From Mustelus asterias (taxonomy: Eukaryota): DNA of 64,000 nt. Of this stretch, positions 57,827 through 64,000 are shown piece after piece. Location: the NCBI RefSeq assembly GCF_964213995.1, contig NW_027590890.1, forward strand, positions 62,001 to 126,000, read 5' to 3'. Numbering within the stretch: position 1 is the stretch's first letter; every line of letters begins with the position of its first letter. The notes below the pieces were generated by a model. That model ran no database searches and was not told the DNA's origin. It saw only the letters and a list, made by a program, of their open reading frames with translations. Both the position numbers and the translations under genes were made by a program.

Positions 57827-58912
57827 GGGCGCGATCTTAAGACCTTGTCCTGCCCGACTTTCATCGAGGCGAGATGATAAGATCGGGCAGGAGACGAAAA
57901 ATGAAAAGCATGCCTGGTTTTACACCTCCCCTGGTTGTACCGGCCCTGTTTTGCCAATTTAAATATCAATGACATGCTTAGTGATTTAACAAAAAAAATT
58001 CTATGTGCTGAACTTGTACGAAAAGCAGGAGAGTTTCAGACCTGTTTTTTGGGTTTGGCCGAGTTGGAAATTGCAATCTTGTGGCAAAAAAAGAGCCAAG
58101 ATGCGATTCTCACCAGTGAGCGTAGTGGGTGTCGAGCCTGAGCTCGCCGGGGATGCCGGCTATTGGGCTCCAGGGGCACCATTGCACAGGCACCCCAATC
58201 TCCCCGAGTCAGCATGTCGTTAATACGTCCCAGACGCTATCATCCAGGCTCACTTACCTTAACCACCTTAGCCTGGCACTGTCTGCCTGGCATCCTGGCA
58301 CTGCCACCGGGCACCATAACTGCCAGGAGCAATGCCAAGGGGGTGGGAGTTCATTGGAACAGAGGCTAAGGGGTGGAGCTACATGACAGGGAGGGAGGCA
58401 ATAGGAACTTTGCAGGGGTGGGAGAGAAGGGGGAATTCTGCCAGGCTGGGAGGGAAGGGTGGAACTCTGCATGGGGTGGGAATTGGGATGAGTGGGAGGA
58501 AAGTGAACTCTGCAGAAGGGATGGTATTTGGGGTGGGAGGAAGAAACTCTGCTGGGGGGGAGCAATTGGTGGGTGTGGCGATGTCCATGTGGCGAGTGGG
58601 AGACCCGCACAGGGAACAATTGGTGGTATGGGGGGGTTCTGATGTCCGTGGAGTGGGGGGGGGGGGTGGGGGTGGGGGTTGCAAGCAGGGCACCTCTGCA
58701 GTAGCGCCCCCAGAGCTCAGCAGCCGGCTTCCCCGATGGGCTCAGGCTCCACACCCCCCTCCTCCCACCCTTGCTGGCGAGAATCACATCCTGTCCCTTT
58801 TTTGCACTAAATGCCGTAAGATTGCATTTTCATACTCCCCAAAAAACAGGTCTGAAACTCTCCCGTTTTCTCACTCGTTCAGCACTTCGAATTGTTTTGG
58901 CTAAATCGCGGC
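57827..58912. mobile_element. Non-autonomous TIR element (MITE-like), degenerate
   Basis: GGGCGCGATCTTAA ... GCTAAATCGCGGC imperfect TIRs. Subterminal inverted similarity GGAGAGTTTCAGACCTGTTTTTTGGG / CCCCAAAAAACAGGTCTGAAACTCTCC. Confidence 0.6.
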
Positions 58913-59215
58913 AAAATAAAATGTGAGGCGCACAGCCTGGCCAGTTTGCTAAAATTACTGAACCATATTTATCTGGTTCAGTGTCTTTGTGGCAAGTTCT
59001 GGTCATCTTCCAGAGTTTTCAGAATTTACTCTTGCTCCCTCCACCTTGACAATTAAAATTCGAATGGTTCTTCTCCATCAACATTTAAAGATCATTAAAT
59101 ACTGGAACATAATCAGCAAGTTAGTTTCTCTCCACACTTGGCTGGAGAACGGAGTTTTTCTATTTTATTTTGGTTATTTTAGATTTCCAGCATTTGCAGT
59201 ATTTTGTTTTGTAAC

Positions 59216-60575
59216 TGTAATAGCTGCGAAGTACAACCACAACTCGGCAGGTGAACACTAAACAAAGTAGTTTATTGTGAAACAAATTATTATAGAGCAG
59301 AATGATGAATGCGACTTTACTCTCCAACTCCCGGGCTCCAACTGAGGGACATCCCTCTCCCGGACCTGCGTTCTCCGCTGTGATCCGCCAGGTTTACGCG
59401 CTCTGCTGCAATAGGCCCATCAGGTCACATGACCCACAATCCACAGGGACAACAGTAGAATCATACAATCCCTACAGTACAGAAGAAGGCCATTCGGCCC
59501 ATCGTGTCTGCACCAACTCTCCGACAGAGCATCTTTCCCAGGCCCACTCGCTGTTCCCGTAACGCCATGCATTTACCATGGCTAATTCCCCCAACCTCCA
59601 CATCTTGGGATACCAAGGGACAATTTGCCATGGTCAATTCACCTAACCTGCACATCTTTGGACCTGGAGGAATCCCATGCAGACATGGGGAGAACGTGTA
59701 AACTGCACACAGACAGTTGCCCAAGGCGCTGTGAGACGGCAGTGCTAACCACTCTGCCACCATGCCACCCCACATCACTCCTCCCTTAAGTTCCTGATTA
59801 ACTCTATTTCCAAACAGATAACTATTACAAACAGATAACTATTACAAACAGATAACTATTTGCAACAACAGACAATATTAAAGGAGGTAAAACAGTCAAG
59901 TTTCTCATAAGGTCAGTCTATCAGGAGACTTCCAAATTCTCTGAGCTCCCTGATAGGTTCTTCCTCAGTTGAGGTAGTGATGTCTTGAGCAACAGTTGGG
60001 TGGCTTTCAGTATCAGAAGGTGTGTTAATGCAAATACCTTCTCCAGTTCCCACTGGAAAAACACGGGGCCTTTCCTCTGGAGCAATGGGTCCCACTCAAT
60101 TTGGGACCATTGGAGGAACGCTGATAGGTGCTGCTGGAACAACCTGCTCCACTTGTATTGTGTTAAGTTTCTCTCTTCCTTATGTGATCTAGTGTTTCAT
60201 GACTTTTCTCCCTTGGAGGTCAACCAGGTAAGACACAGGGTCTGCTTTGCTAAGGTCTTCCCAGGGACCCAATCTGGACCAACATTAAAGTTCCAGATGT
60301 ATACTAGGTCATTCACCTTGAACGATCTATCACCTTTAACAGGATTGTAATATATCTTTTGTGCACCGTTTCACCTCCACCCTCCCCACTAAATTGGGGG
60401 ACACTAAGTCAATCCTCGTCCAGAGACGCCTTCCCATCATTAGTTGCGAGTGGTGTCGTTCTATATGTAAGGAGGAATCAAGCAAGCTTTGATTGCAAAG
60501 ATGTGGACTGCTGTTTCCTCATTGCTGATTTGAATGTCTAAACAGCCCTCTGCATTGAGCCATTCAAGACTGGGT
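59216..60575 (-). mobile_element. Gypsy 3' LTR (~59216-59777, SINE-interrupted) + PPT + integrase C-terminal remnant
   Basis: On minus, PPT GGGAGGAG precedes TGATG, with AATAAA at ~59272. RSFKVNDLVYIWNFNVGPDWVPG is an SH3/GPY-like motif at ~60260-60330. Confidence 0.55.
59455..59770 (-). mobile_element. HE1 SINE, internally deleted
   Basis: GGGTGGCATGGTGGCAGAGTGGTTAGCACTG head and GGGCCGAATGGCCTTCTT...GATTCTA tail. Confidence 0.85.
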
Positions 60576-60634
60576 GGTTGTAATATCCGAACTGTGTTCG
60601 GGGTTGTGAGTTTTAAACAAAAAGAAATGATATG

Positions 60635-61335
60635 AGGCCCGATTTTACCATCAAGTTGCACCTGTTTTCGAGCACGAAAACCTGGTAAAGTCGGGCGTGA
60701 GGCGAGTAGCACGATCCGTGCCCACCTCCATGCTTGCATGCATTTAAATTGACTTAATGGACTGCACGCCCAACCTTACCGGCACTTCCCCCTTTACCAC
60801 CGCATTCGCCCATCCTGAATCAGCGCAAAACAGACATGCTCCACAAAAGTCCAATTCGGGAGCTCCAATTAGTGAGGAGGTAAGTGCCGTGTGTCCAATA
60901 GCTCTCTGCTTGAGATCGATGGTCCGCTGCCATTCTGCCTGTGATCAGTGAGGGAGAAGGGGGGGAGGGGCCCACGATCAGTCTGGGTGGCGGGGGAGTG
61001 GGGGGGATAAGGGGGGTCGCAATGTTGTGGGGGTGGGGAATGTCTGTGGGGGCCAGGGGGAGGCATTGTTCAGCCCGGGAGGGATGTGGCAGGGGAGTTG
61101 CGTTCTATATATTTTTTTCTGCACATGCGCAGTTGGAGGCGTCGATCGGAGCTGCAGGATTTTGGGCGCGTTAAGCCCCGCCCACAGGCTTGTCCAGCGC
61201 CATTCAGAATTGCTGAAATTTTTTCAGGCAGAGTGCATATGGGGACGCCTAAGAACGGGTCTAAAAATCCGATCTGAAACATTCCCAGTTTCAAGTCCGC
61301 CCAGCACTTAGAATCAAAATGGTAAAATAGGGCCC
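60635..61335. mobile_element. Non-autonomous TIR element (PIF/Harbinger-like MITE)
   Basis: TIRs GGCCCGATTTTACCAT ... ATGGTAAAATAGGGCC. Confidence 0.75.
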
Positions 61336-62039
61336 AGGCTTTGCACAAGTAGATTCAAACTAACAATAACAGATTTACTCTCGGAGGTCATCCCTGTACA
61401 GAGTAGAAACTGAAATTAAAAGCAGAAGCCTGTGAAACACCCTTAATGATGTCATCATCAAATCACTTGATCAGCTCTTAAAGCAATCATGCAACCAGTT
61501 AAATATATAACATCCCTATCCTTTTACTTCTGTGGTCATGACACCAAATATTGTGGTGTTTTCAATAGGATCAATAATACTCTAGACACAGTACTAGGCA
61601 TCATTGATTATTTATACACAGTCAATAAGAAAGTCAATCAGGAGAATGTCTATTCCTCTTTGGTTGAATACGACATTTTGGAATGTGGCAATCCCTGATT
61701 CGAGAAGAATAATTTGGAGCTTCAGTAGACACCTCTTTTGAACTAATTCTGTATCATATCACATGGTATAGTAGCAAAGACACAATCATATGACAACTCA
61801 GATTCAACTGAGTCTTCGCTCGTAGTACTCACAACACGAGGGACTAAATAAGTTGGTACTTCTGGAGATGATTCTGAAAAATCATTTCGAGATGACACCA
61901 ATTGATTAGCGTGGTGTCACCGAACTAGTTCATCTCTGAGTAAGAAATTGGACGTATTATTGCTAAAACTATGGCTGGTATCCATTTCTCATTCGTGGCA
62001 TAATTACACGCTAACACGCGATCTGTTTGTTGAAATGAG
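61336..62039 (-). mobile_element. Fragment of another LTR element (LTR part + PPT + 3' internal region)
   Basis: On minus, AAAAGGATAGGGA is followed by TGTTATATA at ~61511. The LTR probably continues left of the MITE to ~60578. Confidence 0.4.
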
Positions 62040-62688
62040 TGTTGTCTTTGTAAAGGGGAAAATACAAGGGGGGCACACTCTAAAATGGCAATACAAGAAA
62101 GCACACTCTAAAATGGCTGCCTGGCACATAAAGGGTTAACTGGGAAAGCCAAAAGAGCAGACACAGGCTCCTGCTGTTCAGAAAAAACCTAACAGACAAG
62201 CCATTTCCAAATCACAGACAGTGACTCATAGCAAACAAACACCTCAGGAAGCCAAAGCCAAGGGTCAAGACATCTTTTAAGATAAGGAAACCCCAAAACA
62301 AAGAGCTTAGATTAATGTTAAAGGAAGGCGGGAAATATGAATGCGAGGGAACCGATTAGCACCTGAACGAGACGAAACTAGCCATTGATAGATACAGACA
62401 TAAGGAGATGTACCCATTCATAAAATGCTAAATGTCTATACCTGTTTGTATTCTTGTAAATATGGGGAAATGTACCCATTCATGAAATGCTAAATACTTG
62501 TAAATGTGATAATCTTCGAATCACCGGTCTAACCCATTGTGTAAAGGGTATAAATTTGAACCGCTCCCGGTATACAATGGAGAGAAGGTTTACTACAGAC
62601 CAAGTACTTTGTCTCTATGGAGCTCCATTTAATAAATCGTATTTTCTGAATCTCGAAGTCTGACTACTAGTGGATTTGTCCCACAACA
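62040..62688 (+). mobile_element. 5' LTR (649 bp) of ERV/LTR retroelement
   Basis: TGTTGT...ACAACA terminal inverted repeat, TATAAA at ~62549, AATAAA at 62631, followed by a PBS. Confidence 0.85.
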
Positions 62689-62690
62689 AA

Positions 62691-62708
62691 TGGCGTAGTC
62701 GGCAGGAT
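62691..62708 (+). promoter_or_regulatory. Primer-binding site, tRNA-Ser
   Basis: TGGCGTAGTCGGCAGGAT is complementary to the 3' end of vertebrate tRNA-Ser (…ATCCTGCCGACTACGCCA) and lies 2 nt after the LTR. Confidence 0.88.
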
Positions 62709-63291
62709 CCTATTACTGGTGAGACCGATTGGCCATGGTCGCAACCGGGGTAGAGATCACGGAATCTGTGACAGTCGTACTGGATCAGAAAATACGGTTT
62801 ATAAGGGGGAAATATTTGTACTGTGTATTTGTGATAGTATTTGTTATAGTGATAAGTACTAACTGCTGATAGGAATAAATAACTGTGATTTGTGCTGATC
62901 GACAAAAAGGACAAGGTAGTGCCTGTCTCAAAACCTCTGCCTTAGACTGGCTATTAAGAGCAGAAATCTGCCACGTGAAGGTCAGGAATTGAAGTGAGTG
63001 AGAGACACCAAGGGCACTAAAGGATTGTGAAGCACAAAAGGGCAGAAGTCGGTTTAACATCACCCTCTGTAGTGGCGAACAGACGCAGATGTGCCAGCTG
63101 ATTGCATGAAAGTTTGAAAAGTTGGAAACTGTACTGTCAATGTGGTGAAAAGCGGGGCGGAACAGGAGTTTGATCAACTCTGACCTAAACCGAAATCCGG
63201 TGGAGAAGCACATTGCCGAAGTGGTAATCGTGGAAGCCGTGAGTATAACTTAAAACCCTGTAACGGCAGTAAAACACGGTGTGAGAATAGC

Positions 63292-63430
63292 AATAGTGGC
63301 CGGGGGTAGTGAAGTCCCTACGGTAGTTAACACACTTTGCTAAGAGTAGTAATAGTGGCCGGGGGTAGTGAAGTCCCTACGGTAGTTAGCACACTTTACT
63401 AAAGAATAATCGTGGCCGGGGTTAGTGAAA
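63292..63430 (+). repeat. 59-bp tandem repeat (~2.3 copies) in retroviral leader
   Basis: AATAGTGGCCGGGGGTAGTGAAGTCCCTACGGTAGTT... at 63292 and 63351, partial at ~63407. Confidence 0.85.
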
Positions 63431-63438
63431 TCTGCGAA

Positions 63439-64000
63439 ATGGCAGATAGTGAAGTTAAAAGGGGATCTGCAGGTTCCCTGATTGAAATCTACATGACAGA
63501 CAGGAAGGAGTTAATAAAAAGAATGCAAAAGGATGGCTGGGATACTTCTCAAACCTTAGAGCAGCAGAGAAAGTGGATAGATAAAGTGAAAAGAGATAGA
63601 ACAAAGAAAATAGGAATAATATTAACACATCAGTTAGCAGGTCTAATTGAACAAACAATTGCCTCTACAAGGAAATGGAGAGAGGACAAAGAAAGAATTA
63701 GAGAACTAGAATCCCAAGTGAGGGAATTGGAAAAACGAAATCAGGTTTTAGAAAGGCAAGGGGGAGGAGAAACTGATCCTCTACCTTCTTATGAGTCCAC
63801 CCAGCAAGGGCCAACGGCACCCTCAGAAGAGTGGGAACAGCTGGAACATAACTTAGCGCCCATAACTAGAGGGGGGACCGCAGCGCGACCCAAGGCAAAT
63901 TATAAACCCTTTACCCCAGGGGAAAGACAGCAGATAATGGCTTCCCTGGGCAAATTACAAACCAGAAGCGCGAACACCACATTCTGGGAGGAATTAGACA
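63439..64000 (+). CDS. gag: gag-like ORF, open to window end (not in ORF track)
   Basis: MADSEVKRGS... with 187 codons and no stop. Coiled coil RIRELESQVRELEKRNQVLE, LPSY (63781), PTAP (63811), then LAPIT...YKPFTPGE capsid-start-like motif. Confidence 0.78.
   Translation, partial: MADSEVKRGSAGSLIEIYMTDRKELIKRMQKDGWDTSQTLEQQRKWIDKVKRDRTKKIGIILTHQLAGLIEQTIASTRKWREDKERIRELESQVRELEKRNQVLERQGGGETDPLPSYESTQQGPTAPSEEWEQLEHNLAPITRGGTAARPKANYKPFTPGERQQIMASLGKLQTRSANTTFWEELD

Overview
Eukaryotic, repeat-dense DNA from a cartilaginous fish, inferred from HE1-type tRNA-SINEs, CR1/Rex1/Tx1 LINEs, Penelope elements and a 33-bp minisatellite. One host gene can be assembled by hand on the minus strand. It has six exons (46234-46214, 16778-16715, 15923-15579, 13678-13640, 12614-12506, 10496-10328), all with GT-AG introns and matching phases. 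It encodes a 248-aa B7/butyrophilin-like type I membrane protein with a single IgV domain. Its 29.4-kb first intron is about 90% filled by a 26.7-kb array of a 33-bp unit with higher-order duplications. A second, oppositely oriented array (49077-50235) lies on the other side of the promoter. The 5.4-kb segment between the arrays holds the working exon 1 plus two donor-dead copies, one of them inverted. Other content: two Penelope retroelements with hammerhead ribozymes (one 5'-inverted, one with an inverted tail and a 12-bp TSD); a deleted class-I-like ERV (gag MA, integrase, env); the 5' end of an intact-looking tRNA-Ser-primed LTR element with an open gag; and nested Gypsy, CR1, Rex1, SINE and MITE fragments. 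All long ORFs at 17-43.7 kb and 49-50.3 kb are minisatellite artefacts.
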